Below, one piece after another: positions 38,453 to 48,360 of a DNA stretch of 64,000 bases. Numbering within the stretch: position 1 is the stretch's first letter; each line of letters opens with the position of its first letter. The stretch is from Verrucomicrobiales bacterium (lineage in GTDB: Bacteria; Verrucomicrobiota; Verrucomicrobiia; Verrucomicrobiales; V1-33), in contig JANOAV010000161.1 in NCBI GenBank assembly GCA_031411295.1, positions 1-64,000 on the forward strand, written 5' to 3'. Position numbers and translations under genes: made by a program. A model generated the notes under the pieces. That model worked only from the letters and a program-made list of their open reading frames with translations. It was not told the origin of the DNA and did no database searches.

Positions 38453-39904
38453 TCATCGAAAACTGTCGGGATTGGCGAGGACGAATCTGGAGGCAAGAAC
38501 CTCGACTACCTCCGCGCTCTTGTAGTATCGCGACTCCAGTGCTTCAAAGATGGAATCATTTTTCTTGTAAAGCTTACTCAACTGAGCCTGCCGCTTGTCT
38601 CGATTCTCAGAGGGGCCATCAGGCCCGAAAAGTGAGATCGCCTCCCTCACGACGCCAAGGCGGTCCTTGGAGCCTATCGCTTCAAGGCCAGCAAGCGCGT
38701 CCCGCCAGCGGTCCCCGCTGGAATTCACGAAGTATTGAGCCAACCCACCATTTTTGATCTCAGCGTCACACATCAACACCGCACTGTAATGCCGTTGATG
38801 GTCTGGCAATGAATCGTATCCTGATTTCTCTTCGGACTCCCAGATCCTCTTCTCAAACCCTTCGAGGCCGTGCGAGCAGAGAAGCCCAGCAGCGGCACCT
38901 TCAGCTACTCGGTTTTCGGCATGGGTAAGTTTTGCGGACAGAAATTCGCGATCCTCAGGATTCTGCATCTGACCGAGCAAACGAAGAGCCTCTCCAAGTG
39001 CGTATTTTCGCGGATTCTTAAGGTCACTCGTATCCAACGCTGAGATCAAATCGAGCAATAGCTCTCTCTGAACTGGCACCTTTGCGTTGGCCAGCGTCTT
39101 TAGCACTTTATGAACGATGCGGGAGGCTGGCTGGAATACTTCTGAGGAAAGAAAGTAGTCTCTGGCTTGTTCTGAGTCGAAACGGTAAAGGATATCCGCT
39201 GCCTTATCTGCATTTTGGCCCTTTGCGAGAAGGTTCTTAACGTCCGAAAACAGTTCCCTCGGCACGGACTCTTCCAGCCCATCTCGATCTAAAGAGAATT
39301 CAAGTCCCATCAAGGCATAGGAGCGCACATACTCGTGCGCATCAGAGAATGCCTTCCGAACATGCGGGATGATCTCCGCTGTGCCTGTCTTGGCAATTGC
39401 CAAGGCTGCATCCTTCCGTATCTCGTCAGACGGATCGTCTAGGAACGGTGCCAACACCGCAACCGCCTCCTTGGGCGGCGCGTCGCCCAAGATGTCACAA
39501 GCCCGGTTAAATGGGGCTTCAGGTAACAAGTCTTCGCCTGTTGGCTTTATCAGCCGAGCGTAGAGCTTCTGATCTCCCAGCAATTCTAGAATGGTAGGAT
39601 GTGTCCGCTTATCTAACTCTCGAAGTATTCGAGCTTCCCCCCAGGCCTCGCTACTAGTCGGAACCTCAAGAACAAAATGCCGCGTCGCAGAGGCAACCTT
39701 ATCATCACTCCAAGTCTTTGCAGCTTCGGCTGCCTCGTCGGCTTCCCTCTGAGCTTGGCTAGCGGCGTCCCAATAGTCAGGGTTTTTGACGACGTCCTTG
39801 AATCCCCAATGTGAGGATTTACGATTCCTGACCAGCACCACGGCAATTATCGCGACAAGGCCGACCGCGATGATCCAAATGACTGGTGATGGTATGTGTC
39901 CCAT
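38453..39904 (-). CDS. HEAT-repeat protein with C-terminal DUF4375 (DMP19-like) domain; probable gene cassette
   Basis: N-terminal TM; HEAT-like repeats (LDDPSDEIRKDAALAIA); EIKNGGLAQYFVNSSG motif. Confidence 0.8.
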   Translation of the reverse strand: MGHIPSPVIWIIAVGLVAIIAVVLVRNRKSSHWGFKDVVKNPDYWDAASQAQREADEAAEAAKTWSDDKVASATRHFVLEVPTSSEAWGEARILRELDKRTHPTILELLGDQKLYARLIKPTGEDLLPEAPFNRACDILGDAPPKEAVAVLAPFLDDPSDEIRKDAALAIAKTGTAEIIPHVRKAFSDAHEYVRSYALMGLEFSLDRDGLEESVPRELFSDVKNLLAKGQNADKAADILYRFDSEQARDYFLSSEVFQPASRIVHKVLKTLANAKVPVQRELLLDLISALDTSDLKNPRKYALGEALRLLGQMQNPEDREFLSAKLTHAENRVAEGAAAGLLCSHGLEGFEKRIWESEEKSGYDSLPDHQRHYSAVLMCDAEIKNGGLAQYFVNSSGDRWRDALAGLEAIGSKDRLGVVREAISLFGPDGPSENRDKRQAQLSKLYKKNDSIFEALESRYYKSAEVVEVLASRFVLANPDSFR

Positions 39905-39907
39905 ATT

Positions 39908-40014
39908 TTTTTGCCGAACTAGTTGATCACCGACAGAAGTGTCGATTTTTGCCGAGCTTCTTTATAGGCGACAGATTTGTCGGTTTTTGCGCGCGGGAGT
40001 GATTTTATAGGCGA
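39908..40014 (-). mobile_element. Cassette core site (GTTCGGC) with upstream 38-bp direct repeats, attI-like
   Basis: Minus strand GTTCGGC (39919-39913) lies 8 nt before the ATG. TTTTTGC recurs at 39908, 39946 and 39984, and the first two units contain CGACA-N4-TGTCG. Confidence 0.5.
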
Positions 40015-40185
40015 ATTTAGGTGGGATTTAGCCGCAAATGCGCGTGATAGCCAGCAGTATCGTAGATTTTCGCTTGGATGCGCGTGAATTCCCGCGGATT
40101 ATGACAACGGTTTTTTTGAGTGGCTGCGGTGGGGGGGGAGTGGGTCGGACGGTAGGTTTCCCGATGGGTTTTCCTGAGGTTGGGA

Positions 40186-40544
40186 TGGTCATTGCGGATT
40201 TGTGTGGTGGCTTCCCGAGCGTTATTTTGGTCGTTGCAGATTTGTGTGGTGACTTCCCGAACGTTATTTTGGTCGTTGCGGATTTGTGTGGTGACTTCCC
40301 GAACGTTAATTTGGTCGTTGCGGATTTGTGTGGTGGCTTCCCGAACGTTAATTTGGTCGTTGCGGATTTGTGCGGTGACTTCCCGAACGTTAATTTGGTC
40401 ATTCGGAATTTTCCGAGGTGCTTCCCAGACGTCAGTTTGGTCATTCGGAAATTTCCGGGGTGCTTCCCGGACGTCAGTTTGGTCGTTGGGAGTTTTCCGG
40501 GGTGCTTCCCAGACGTCAGTTTGGTCGTAGGAGATTTTGCCTAG
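40186..40544. repeat. Tandem array of about 8.5 x 42-bp units in two subtypes
   Basis: Units start with TGGTC at 40186, 40228, 40270, 40312, 40354 (type A), then 40396, 40438, 40480 (type B), with a partial unit at 40522. Confidence 0.95.
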
Positions 40545-40550
40545 CATAGG

Positions 40551-41507
40551 CTAGCCGCCACTTTTCATTTTGGCGCGATGCTTCATTTCCTGATGCGCAA
40601 GGTAGTCGCTACGTCTCAGGAAGAACCATTTGTTACGATAGGAAAACCACAGGAACCAGATGAAGCCGACCCCGATTAGCGTCCGCAAGCTCCATTTCTT
40701 AAACATCGACCACCAGACCAGAGATTGCCACTGCCGCTTCTGGGTTTGGAGGAGAGGCGCCTCGACGAAACCATACGTTTCCGCCAGCTCCAGCAAATCC
40801 ACGCTGGGCTCGAGACTCCCCACGTTCGCAGTGATGATAGCCAAGCTGTAGATCAAGTCTGCCACATAGACATCCTTCGGCTTCACGAAGACGAGTCTTT
40901 CCCTTAGTTGATGCTGCAAGGCGTGCTCGATTTCTGCGATGCCACGGCTTTTGCCCTGTATGCGCACGGCATCAGTGCTGCTGAAGGAGGAGGGTAACGG
41001 GATGAGACGTTGGGGAAGGGGTTGATCTGGATGCTTGGCCGCAGCAATTTTTGCTTCCAAAATGAGGCTGTGCAGCCATTCCGTGCCCTGATGTTCACCC
41101 GGATTCCGCTCGATACCGAGGTTGATCCATTTCAGGGCGTTGCGGTTATCTCCCGCTAATTCATAGGCCGTGCCCAAGTTGGCTGCCGTGGTGGCGTTAC
41201 CCGGGTGCTTGGTTTCCAGCGCGATGAGCAATTCAATGGCTGCCGCAGTTTCGCCCGCATAGATTTTATCGACCGCCACACTTTCCTCCTGTCCTACTTC
41301 GCTATCGCTCCGACCGAAAATCTCCTTGGCAGTCATCTTGCGAGGATCCGACGCCATGGCCTCGCGAAGCCTTCGGCCGACATAGGTGTCGCCTCCGCTT
41401 GACGTGCTGTGACCATGGATGTCGGTCCCTGCGATATTGAGGCAACCGAAGCAGGGCATCGGCAGTAGCAACAGCAGCCTAATGGTGCAGGCCTTAAGCA
41501 GGTTCAT
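40551..41507 (-). CDS. Exported TPR-repeat protein with a C-terminal TM
   Basis: Signal (MNLLKAC...CFGCLN); AANLGTAYELAG..ALKWI TPR; GTEWLH..ILEAK. Confidence 0.78.
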   Translation of the reverse strand: MNLLKACTIRLLLLLPMPCFGCLNIAGTDIHGHSTSSGGDTYVGRRLREAMASDPRKMTAKEIFGRSDSEVGQEESVAVDKIYAGETAAAIELLIALETKHPGNATTAANLGTAYELAGDNRNALKWINLGIERNPGEHQGTEWLHSLILEAKIAAAKHPDQPLPQRLIPLPSSFSSTDAVRIQGKSRGIAEIEHALQHQLRERLVFVKPKDVYVADLIYSLAIITANVGSLEPSVDLLELAETYGFVEAPLLQTQKRQWQSLVWWSMFKKWSLRTLIGVGFIWFLWFSYRNKWFFLRRSDYLAHQEMKHRAKMKSGG

Positions 41508-41596
41508 GCTTGAGTAGGGGTGAGTTCTGGAAGCTGAATTTGGATGGCACGACAACTCGGGCGCTACGGTGAATGCAGTGGGTTTACAAGCGGGTT

Positions 41597-41658
41597 CTCC
41601 TTTGTGGCCTTCTGTTCCAGAGCTGTTTTTAGAACAGAAGGAAACGAAGGAAACGGAG
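41597..41658. repeat. REP-like inverted repeat
   Basis: CCTTTGTGGCCTTCTGTTC ... GAACAGAAGGAAACGAAGG. Confidence 0.6.
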
Positions 41659-42020
41659 CTGTGATGAGCTACGGTTTTTCTTCCATCAGCATTTGTTCCA
41701 ACTGCGGATAGGGATGAAGGGGGATGGCTTGGCATTATTTTGTTACCATTATTCTGTTTCCTTTTACCGGTCTGGCTGGCGGGACGCGATGGAAACGAAG
41801 TGCCTCCCAACCAATCATATCGGTGGTCGGCTTGCATTCGTGGGAAATTGCGATTTTTCTCCCGCAGATTCAGGACGACCACGAATACCTTGGTGTCCCC
41901 TACGCTCCGTTTCAGGTCCTAAACTCCAGCTCGAGACGCCGGAAGACTTCGATGGCACGTTTTTAGTTCAGTGAAATAGTTCAGTGAAAACTGTTCTTGT
42001 GAACAGTTTCTATTGTATAC

Positions 42021-42608
42021 CTAGCCTATTTCCTCCGGCTCCTCAGCAGGCACGACGTTTTCGTAAAATGCAGCCAACGGCAATGTTAGGCCCACCGACT
42101 CTAATGTCACCAGCGCAGCGGGATAATCGATCACCTCCGCTTGCCATTCGGTTCTGCGACGGAAAATGGTGATGGCCTGAAGCTCTTGTTCCGCCAGCAC
42201 GTATTCTTCCAAGCTGGGAATGGTGATATAATGGTGGAATTTCTCCTGCCGATCTACCCGGTGCGTGCTCTTGGACAGCACTTCAATGATGAGCTTGGGG
42301 AACTTGATAAATTGAGCATGGGTATCGCGTGGATCACACCCCACCATGACGTCTGGATAATAAAAGATGTCCTGTTGAAACGCCATCATCCGTGCCTTCA
42401 CATCCGACATAAACACCCGGCAGGGCTTCCCTCGTAAATGCGACCAGAGGTGGCCGAAAAAATTTCCCCCGATGGTATTATGATTCTGGGTGCCGCCAGC
42501 CATCGCGAAAACCCTGCCACCCACGTATTCATGCCGCACCACCCTTAGTGGCTCACCTTCTAAATACTCCTGCACGGTAAGGTAGTTTTGACCTTTCGGA
42601 CCTCCCAT
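42021..42608 (-). CDS. Uma2-family endonuclease
   Basis: EYLEGE..RHEYVGG.VFAMAGG, YYPDVMV.CD, IIEVLSKST..DR.EK and SLEEYVL motifs. Confidence 0.93.
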   Translation of the reverse strand: MGGPKGQNYLTVQEYLEGEPLRVVRHEYVGGRVFAMAGGTQNHNTIGGNFFGHLWSHLRGKPCRVFMSDVKARMMAFQQDIFYYPDVMVGCDPRDTHAQFIKFPKLIIEVLSKSTHRVDRQEKFHHYITIPSLEEYVLAEQELQAITIFRRRTEWQAEVIDYPAALVTLESVGLTLPLAAFYENVVPAEEPEEIG

Positions 42609-42683
42609 AATCCGGTAAACTACATCAGCGGTCGAGGCGCAGCAATGGAAAGTTTATGCTAGTCAAACTTTGGGTGAATTTGA

Positions 42684-42860
42684 TCACGCAGCATCAATCA
42701 GGTCGAGCACCTCTTGCTCTACTTCGCGACTCCGAAGGAGGTCCTGCCACTCATCCGCTTCGCGTTGCCGGGCTACATAACGAATGTAATGAAGTGCCTC
42801 CAGGAACACAGGTTCGGGTTGTTGGTCGATCTCAGTAAGCAATTGATCACGGGCGGACAT
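42684..42860 (-). CDS. Small DUF2281-like putative antitoxin (58 aa), absent from the ORF track
   Basis: MSARDQLLTEIDQQPEPVFLEALHYIRYVARQREADEWQDLL... Confidence 0.55.
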   Translation of the reverse strand: MSARDQLLTEIDQQPEPVFLEALHYIRYVARQREADEWQDLLRSREVEQEVLDLIDAA

Positions 42861-42978
42861 GTCGTCACTTACGCCAAAATCGCTTTGATTTCAAGTGGCC
42901 TCTTGTGTCTCGCGAGTTCAGCGATGGGCTTCAGACCTTCACGCCATTCATTCGCTTAAATCATTTGGCGATTCAGGT

Positions 42979-43917
42979 TCAAACGCCCTCCAAAGATCCG
43001 ACGAGGATCCCGTCGCTTGAGTTATAAACCAATCCTGCCTGATCGATATATTGAGCGCCTTTATTGACAAAACACACGTGATCATGGCGCTGTCTTTCGT
43101 ATTCACTCAAGACCTCGGCGGAACTCGGATTTATCTGCGTTAAGTATGAACCCTCCCATGAGTCAAATATCAGCAGGCCAGAAGTGTTGAAAACCGCCCG
43201 GATGCAGTTTGGCTTGCGCGAGGTGGGTAAGTAATGCGAAATCAATCTGCCAGCGAGATCCAGCACCCTGACCCCACAGCGGCCTTCAGCCAGTGCAACT
43301 TTATCCCCTGCGAAACCGGCATCCACGATGGGAAAATCAGCTTTAGGAATGGCCCCAATCAAATTGCGATTTCCATCTAGCAGCACGTGCATGGTATCTC
43401 CCTTTCCCTGCATGACATCTGCAAAGCTGGCTCCGTGAAAATTTGAGCAATCCTCCAACATGATTACGGGTTTTGTGGGATGAACCCGCAGGCTGTAACC
43501 CCGCTCCGACAGCCATTTCATTTTCCCGGTTTCAATATCCAATTCCATAATTCCATTTGGATCGGGTGGTTGGTAATCGTGCCAATACTCCTGAGGGGGA
43601 TTTGCTGCCACGAAAACAGACCCCGGGAACGCTGATGAAATCTCCACGGTGTGGATACCCAAAATGTCTGGTCGGCTCCAGAGAATTTTTCTGGATCGGT
43701 AATCGAAGCAAGTGAGCCCTGCTGTCCAAGTGCCCGAGATCAGAAGTTGGTTGATTGGATCCACGGCACACGCCCCACCCATTTCCGCCCAAGGATGCAT
43801 CACTGAGGCGACATGCGAAAAATCATCAGTTCGCCAAAGTTGGAAGCAGTCAGATCCTCTCCGGCCACCATGCACCAGCAGATCACCATACGACACCTTC
43901 AGGTCCAACAGGCTCAT
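42979..43917 (-). CDS. Hypothetical protein, probable beta-propeller
   Basis: Start MSLLDLK overlaps the mnmG stop (ATGA); beta-rich repeats such as [11 protein letters not shown]. Confidence 0.65.
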   Translation of the reverse strand: MSLLDLKVSYGDLLVHGGRRGSDCFQLWRTDDFSHVASVMHPWAEMGGACAVDPINQLLISGTWTAGLTCFDYRSRKILWSRPDILGIHTVEISSAFPGSVFVAANPPQEYWHDYQPPDPNGIMELDIETGKMKWLSERGYSLRVHPTKPVIMLEDCSNFHGASFADVMQGKGDTMHVLLDGNRNLIGAIPKADFPIVDAGFAGDKVALAEGRCGVRVLDLAGRLISHYLPTSRKPNCIRAVFNTSGLLIFDSWEGSYLTQINPSSAEVLSEYERQRHDHVCFVNKGAQYIDQAGLVYNSSDGILVGSLEGV

Positions 43918-45797
43918 GGATTTGCATGCTCCCTCTCCTCCCGCCCCAGCCACACACTCACCAGCGCTAGGTCCGCAGGGGTGACCCCTTGGATGCGGCT
44001 GGCTTGGCCGATGGTTTGGGGGCGGACTTGGTGGAGGCGGGTTTGGGCTTCGAGTTTGATCCCGGGGATTTTGAAATAGTCCACTCCCTCGGGCAGCGGC
44101 CGATCTTCCATTTTCTGCATCTTCGCAACCTGATCCGACTGGCGGGTCAGATAGCCGGCGTATTTCAAATCCGTCTCCGCCAGACCCCAAAGTTCCACGT
44201 GGAACCTGGAGCGGATTTCTTCCGGCAGGGCCGTCCAGGTGTTTTCGGGTCGGCGGAACCACTTTTCTAAGCGCATGGCATCGTGGGTGGTCTGGGCGCA
44301 GAATTGGTGGAGTTCGGCCAATTTAGCGGCTTTGTCCCGAGTGCGCTGGGCGCAGTAGTCGTCCACTAATCCAATTTCCGCAGCGGCGGCGGTGAGTCGG
44401 AGATCGCAATTATCCTGGCGCAGGAGGAGTCGGTATTCCGCCCGGCTGGTGAACATCCGGTAGGGTTCGATGACGCCCTTGGTCACGAGGTCGTCCATCA
44501 TGACCCCAAGGTAAGCTTCAGAACGACGGAGGACCATCGGTGGTTTCCCTTGGATTTTCAGCGCGGCATTGGTCCCGGCAATGAGCCCCTGACCGGCGGC
44601 TTCCTCGTAGCCGGAGGTGCCATTGATCTGTCCCGCAAAATAGAGACCGGAGACCCGCTTCGTTTCGCAGGTGGGGAAGAGTTGCGTCGGGGGACAGAAA
44701 TCGTATTCCACCGCGTAGCCGGGTCGGATGATCTGGGCATTTTCCAGACCGGGGACGGTGCGGATGAACGCATACTGGACCTCATAAGGCAGGGAGGTGG
44801 AAACGCCGTTGATGTAGAATTCGTGCGAGTGCCGACCCTCTGGTTCCAGGAAAAGTTGGTGCCGATCCTTGTCCGCAAACCGCACCACCTTGTCCTCGAT
44901 GGACGGACAGTAACGGGGACCGATGCCCTCGATCTTGCCGGAATACATGGGGGACTTGTCGAGATTTCCCCGGATGATGTCGTGGGTGGCAGAGTTGGTG
45001 TAAGTCACCCAGCACGGCATTTGTTCCACGTGGAACGTCGGATCCGACCACGGGTTCAGGGTGAAAATGTCGTCCTTCTCCTTGGTGATGGTGTCGGCCA
45101 AGTAGCTGAATTTCGGGGCCGGTTCGTCCCCGAACTGCTGCTCGCATTTCGTGAAATCGATGGTGGTTCCGTTCAATCGACACGGGGTGCCCGTCTTGAA
45201 GCGCTCGACTTCAAAGCCGAGATGTTTCAGGGAATCGCTCAAGGTGGAAACCGAATCCCCCATCCTCCCACCGATCTGATTCTGCATGCCCACATGGAGC
45301 AGTCCCCGCATGAAGGTGCCGCTGGAAACGACGATGGACCGGCAACGGTATTCCAGACCGAGGTTCGTGCGCGCGCCGACGATGGCGTCGTTTTCGACCA
45401 CGAGTTCCGAAATGTTGCCCTGATGGAGGTCCAGGTTTTTCGTCTGCTCCAGAATCCATTTCAGCCGAAACTGGTATGCTTTCTTGTCCGCCTGCGCCCG
45501 GGGCGAGCGCACGCTGGGCCCCTTGGTGGCGTTGAGCATCCGAAACTGGATGGCGGTGGCATCCGTGTTCAGACCCATGGCACCGCCAAGAGCGTCGATT
45601 TCCCGGACAATGTTCCCCTTTGCCAATCCCCCGATGGCCGGGTTGCAGGACATCTGGGCGATGGTGTCCAGATTCTGGGTCAGCATGGCCACGGAACAGC
45701 CGAGTCGGGCAGCAGCCAGTGCCGCCTCAATGCCGGCATGGCCGGCACCGATGACGAGGACATCGTAGGTTTTGGGGTAGATGAAATGGGATGACAT
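43914..45797 (-). CDS. mnmG: tRNA uridine 5-carboxymethylaminomethyl modification enzyme MnmG (GidA)
   Basis: [47 protein letters not shown] and [14 protein letters not shown] motifs. Confidence 0.98.
   Translation of the reverse strand: MSSHFIYPKTYDVLVIGAGHAGIEAALAAARLGCSVAMLTQNLDTIAQMSCNPAIGGLAKGNIVREIDALGGAMGLNTDATAIQFRMLNATKGPSVRSPRAQADKKAYQFRLKWILEQTKNLDLHQGNISELVVENDAIVGARTNLGLEYRCRSIVVSSGTFMRGLLHVGMQNQIGGRMGDSVSTLSDSLKHLGFEVERFKTGTPCRLNGTTIDFTKCEQQFGDEPAPKFSYLADTITKEKDDIFTLNPWSDPTFHVEQMPCWVTYTNSATHDIIRGNLDKSPMYSGKIEGIGPRYCPSIEDKVVRFADKDRHQLFLEPEGRHSHEFYINGVSTSLPYEVQYAFIRTVPGLENAQIIRPGYAVEYDFCPPTQLFPTCETKRVSGLYFAGQINGTSGYEEAAGQGLIAGTNAALKIQGKPPMVLRRSEAYLGVMMDDLVTKGVIEPYRMFTSRAEYRLLLRQDNCDLRLTAAAAEIGLVDDYCAQRTRDKAAKLAELHQFCAQTTHDAMRLEKWFRRPENTWTALPEEIRSRFHVELWGLAETDLKYAGYLTRQSDQVAKMQKMEDRPLPEGVDYFKIPGIKLEAQTRLHQVRPQTIGQASRIQGVTPADLALVSVWLGREEREHANP
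44191..44206. promoter_or_regulatory. parS site (within mnmG)
   Basis: AGTTCCACGTGGAACC. Confidence 0.8.
45022..45037. promoter_or_regulatory. parS site (within mnmG)
   Basis: TGTTCCACGTGGAACG. Confidence 0.85.
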
Positions 45798-45805
45798 AGT
45801 GGTAT

Positions 45806-45821
45806 TGTTCCACGTGGAACA
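45806..45821. promoter_or_regulatory. parS site (just upstream of mnmG)
   Basis: Perfect palindrome TGTTCCACGTGGAACA. Confidence 0.92.
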
Positions 45822-45832
45822 TTCTGGGGAAG

Positions 45833-45906
45833 GGGGACGGAAAGGACTTAGGGGACGAAAGGGACCGCGTGGTCCTTTGGGTCATTTTGGGTCCCTTTTG
45901 TCCTTT
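45833..45906. repeat. REP-like inverted repeat
   Basis: GGGGACGGAAAGGAC/GGGGACGAAAGGGAC arms paired with GTCCTTT/GTCCCTTTTGTCC arms. Confidence 0.6.
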
Positions 45907-46045
45907 AACCCCGAATAGATCCCTCCTCAACGGCTTTCTTGAAGCGGTAGCGGCCACACACTCTTGACGGCCTTTTCTCATTTGGCCCTAAGAAAATACC
46001 CGGAACCAGCGTTACCAAGGGGTAATATCTCCGATATCCCCGCCG

Positions 46046-46591
46046 ATGAATATCACAGGACTCAAGTTGTCACCCAAAAAAAGGAAATCCTGCCATCCCG
46101 GTGGCTGTGGAATTCTCTCTCTCGTGAGTAGCCTGCTGCTGCATTTGTTGGCGCTTTCAGCGGTGTTTGGATATCCGGAACTTAAGGCTCGAAGAGCTCG
46201 GCAATTATTGGCTGAGGTTGCCGCGATGCCACGATGCGGAGGAGGACCTGTGGCAATCAGAGCTTGGCCCACAGTTCACCGGTCAAGGCCGCTGATTGAG
46301 TCTGCGGGTAAAGCTCGTCCTAACCCCTCAAGATCCGTTCAAAATATCCTAAATCGACTGACCTCGACGTCATTTGGTTTAACCCCAATTACTCCCGCAG
46401 AGTTCGATGCTGCTGTGCCGTTCTTTATTTACCGCGATAGAGACAAGGACGCCAAGCTGAATTATTGGGAGTTTGGCCCAAACGACCCCATAATGAAGCG
46501 CAGGTTTACTGAGGCAGACATCAACAGGGATGGGTATTTGACCCAGGAGGAATTTGTCTATGGGAGGCTAGCCGAATTTGGTTATCGCTAG
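46046..46591 (+). CDS. EF-hand domain protein with an N-terminal TM
   Basis: DRDKDAKLNYWEF and DINRDGYLTQEEF loops. Confidence 0.7.
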   Translation: MNITGLKLSPKKRKSCHPGGCGILSLVSSLLLHLLALSAVFGYPELKARRARQLLAEVAAMPRCGGGPVAIRAWPTVHRSRPLIESAGKARPNPSRSVQNILNRLTSTSFGLTPITPAEFDAAVPFFIYRDRDKDAKLNYWEFGPNDPIMKRRFTEADINRDGYLTQEEFVYGRLAEFGYR

Positions 46592-46623
46592 TCTTAGTGA
46601 AAAGAACCCGAATTCAGATAAAG

Positions 46624-47007
46624 TTACCGATTCAAAATCCCCGTGTGTGCCCGCGGCAGCAGGTCGCTCAACTGCATTTCCAACTGTGAATGCCGACACA
46701 CCAGCAGCACGGGAAAATCCCCGAACTCGGCCATGACTTGGCGGCAGGCACCGCAGGGGGAGACGGGCTGGTCGGTGTCCGCTACGACGACCACTTGGGA
46801 AATCTCGTGGTGACCGGCGGCTATCATGCTGCCGATGGCGACGCGTTCGGCACAGATCGTGAGGCCGTAACTCAAGTTCTCGACGTTGCAGCCGGTAAAT
46901 ATTTCCCCGCTCTTCGTTAGGATGGCGGCTCCCACGTGGAACTTTGAGTAGGGGGCGTAGGCGCGGTCTCGGACGGACCAGGCGGCGGTGATTAGTTGCT
47001 CTGTCAT
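46624..47007 (-). CDS. cdd: Cytidine deaminase
   Basis: AYAPYSKFHVGAA, GCNVEN, CAER and SPCGACRQ motifs. Confidence 0.95.
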   Translation of the reverse strand: MTEQLITAAWSVRDRAYAPYSKFHVGAAILTKSGEIFTGCNVENLSYGLTICAERVAIGSMIAAGHHEISQVVVVADTDQPVSPCGACRQVMAEFGDFPVLLVCRHSQLEMQLSDLLPRAHTGILNR

Positions 47008-47049
47008 ACAGGAGAAATAGCACACACCGACAAAATGAGCCAATGGACT

Positions 47050-47469
47050 TTACGATGGGGTTTGCTTTCGTGCGTTCAAAAAGTGCTGCAGGAGGAGAAA
47101 CACAACCAGGAACGGCAAAAGCAGGGTGCACCAATACGAGATGAATAGTCCCAGGCTTGGCCACCTCCCAACATTGCCGCATATGATGCTCTCCATCCCA
47201 CCCTTAACAGGACTACCTCCGGCGTTACAGTGACACGGAAATCTCGGCGGAAACAGGTAGGGATCCTCATGCAGCAGTTGGTATTTGTCCATGGGGCTGT
47301 ATCCCACCGACACCTCTGCACCACATCGATTGCAGGCCCATGTCCCCACCATGTCGGAGGCGTCCGAGAGCATAATGCCAAGGATGATCTGTAGAACTGG
47401 CCCGAGAAAAACCAACAGGATGATGAATTTGAGGTGTCGCATGCTGAATAACAAACGCAATACCGACAC
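47050..47469 (-). CDS. Hypothetical membrane protein with a Cys-rich loop
   Basis: Two TM segments flanking CNRC...CHC; co-oriented between xerD and cdd. Confidence 0.5.
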   Translation of the reverse strand: MSVLRLLFSMRHLKFIILLVFLGPVLQIILGIMLSDASDMVGTWACNRCGAEVSVGYSPMDKYQLLHEDPYLFPPRFPCHCNAGGSPVKGGMESIICGNVGRWPSLGLFISYWCTLLLPFLVVFLLLQHFLNARKQTPS

Positions 47470-47475
47470 CTAAAC

Positions 47476-48360
47476 TTAGGCCCTTGGGTGAAATGATTTG
47501 TGAACTTGCTTCAGCCGACCCTGGTCCACGTGAGTGTAGATCTGGGTGGTGGCGATGTCTGCATGACCCAACATTTCCTGGATGACGCGGAGGTCCGCGC
47601 CATTGCCGAGCAGGTGAGTGGCGAAGCTGTGGCGGAGGGAATGCGGGTGGACGTCCAAGCCCAGCAGTTTCGCCCGACCGTGGACGATCTGCCAGATGCG
47701 TTGGGTGGTGAGTTGGCCGCCGCGTTCGTTGAGGAAAATGTGGCTGGTGGATTTTGGTTTCACCAAGCCGGGCCGCTCCAGGGCGAGGTAGGCTTCGATG
47801 GCGTCTTTCGATTGCTGACCTACCGGCACGATGCGGGTTTTGTTGCCCTTGCCAGTCACGCGGATGAAGCGGTTCTCCAGGTCCAGCAATTCGAGTTTGG
47901 CGTTCGTTAGCTCTGAGACCCGCAATCCGCTGCCGTAGAGCAATTCCAGAATCGCCCGGTCGCGTCGTTCCAGGGGAGCATTTCCACCAGCGGATTCTAA
48001 CAAGGTGGTGACCTCTTGGGTGGCCAGCGTGGGTGGCAGTTCTCTTCGCAGTCGAGGTGCTAGGATGCCATCGGACGGATCCTTGGGGAGAAACCGGCGG
48101 GCTACCAGAAATCTAAACCAACGTTTCAGAGCGATGACCTCCAGTCGCAGACTGGACGCGCCCAAACCGCGCAATTTCTCGTGGCTCAGAAATTCCGTGA
48201 TGTGCCGCTCTGTAACCTCCTGGACCGTGGTCGCCTTTTTATGCCGCTGCGCCCATTGCAGGAAACTCTCCAGCGACCGTTGATTGCTCAATTGGTAATT
48301 CGTGGAGAGACCAGCCTCGGTGGCGAGGTAAAGGAGGAAACGGTCGATGTCGGCTTGCAC
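47476..48360 (-). CDS. xerD: Site-specific tyrosine recombinase XerD-like
   Basis: RDRAILELLYGSGLRVSEL, GKGNKTR, HPHSLRHSFATHLL and EMLGHADIATTQIYTHV...HPRA motifs. Confidence 0.88.
   Translation of the reverse strand: MQADIDRFLLYLATEAGLSTNYQLSNQRSLESFLQWAQRHKKATTVQEVTERHITEFLSHEKLRGLGASSLRLEVIALKRWFRFLVARRFLPKDPSDGILAPRLRRELPPTLATQEVTTLLESAGGNAPLERRDRAILELLYGSGLRVSELTNAKLELLDLENRFIRVTGKGNKTRIVPVGQQSKDAIEAYLALERPGLVKPKSTSHIFLNERGGQLTTQRIWQIVHGRAKLLGLDVHPHSLRHSFATHLLGNGADLRVIQEMLGHADIATTQIYTHVDQGRLKQVHKSFHPRA

Noticed and set aside
40186..40544. CRISPR array
   Set aside because: The units are contiguous with no unique spacers, and no cas genes are in the window.
41508..41882. N-terminal extension of the TPR ORF
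   Set aside because: It runs through a REP-like palindrome and looks non-coding. A signal peptide begins at the ATG at 41507.
43918..44262. N-terminal extension of ORF 42979-44262
   Set aside because: It overlaps mnmG in another frame. The ATGA-coupled start at 43917 is more plausible.
44550..45794. Long antisense ORFs (also 23982-25130, 27489-28892, 51995-53356, 55743-56942)
   Set aside because: They are shadows of well-supported genes on the opposite strand in GC-rich DNA and have no recognisable motifs.
46928..46943. Fourth parS site in cdd (GCTCCCACGTGGAACT)
   Set aside because: The left arm is mismatched, and the sequence is explained by the conserved F-x-VGAA coding motif.
47476..48360. 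Integron integrase serving the 38-40 kb cassette
   Set aside because: It is 294 aa with XerD-type motifs and an HPRA end, lacks the IntI-specific insertion before the HxLRH box, and is 7.5 kb away.
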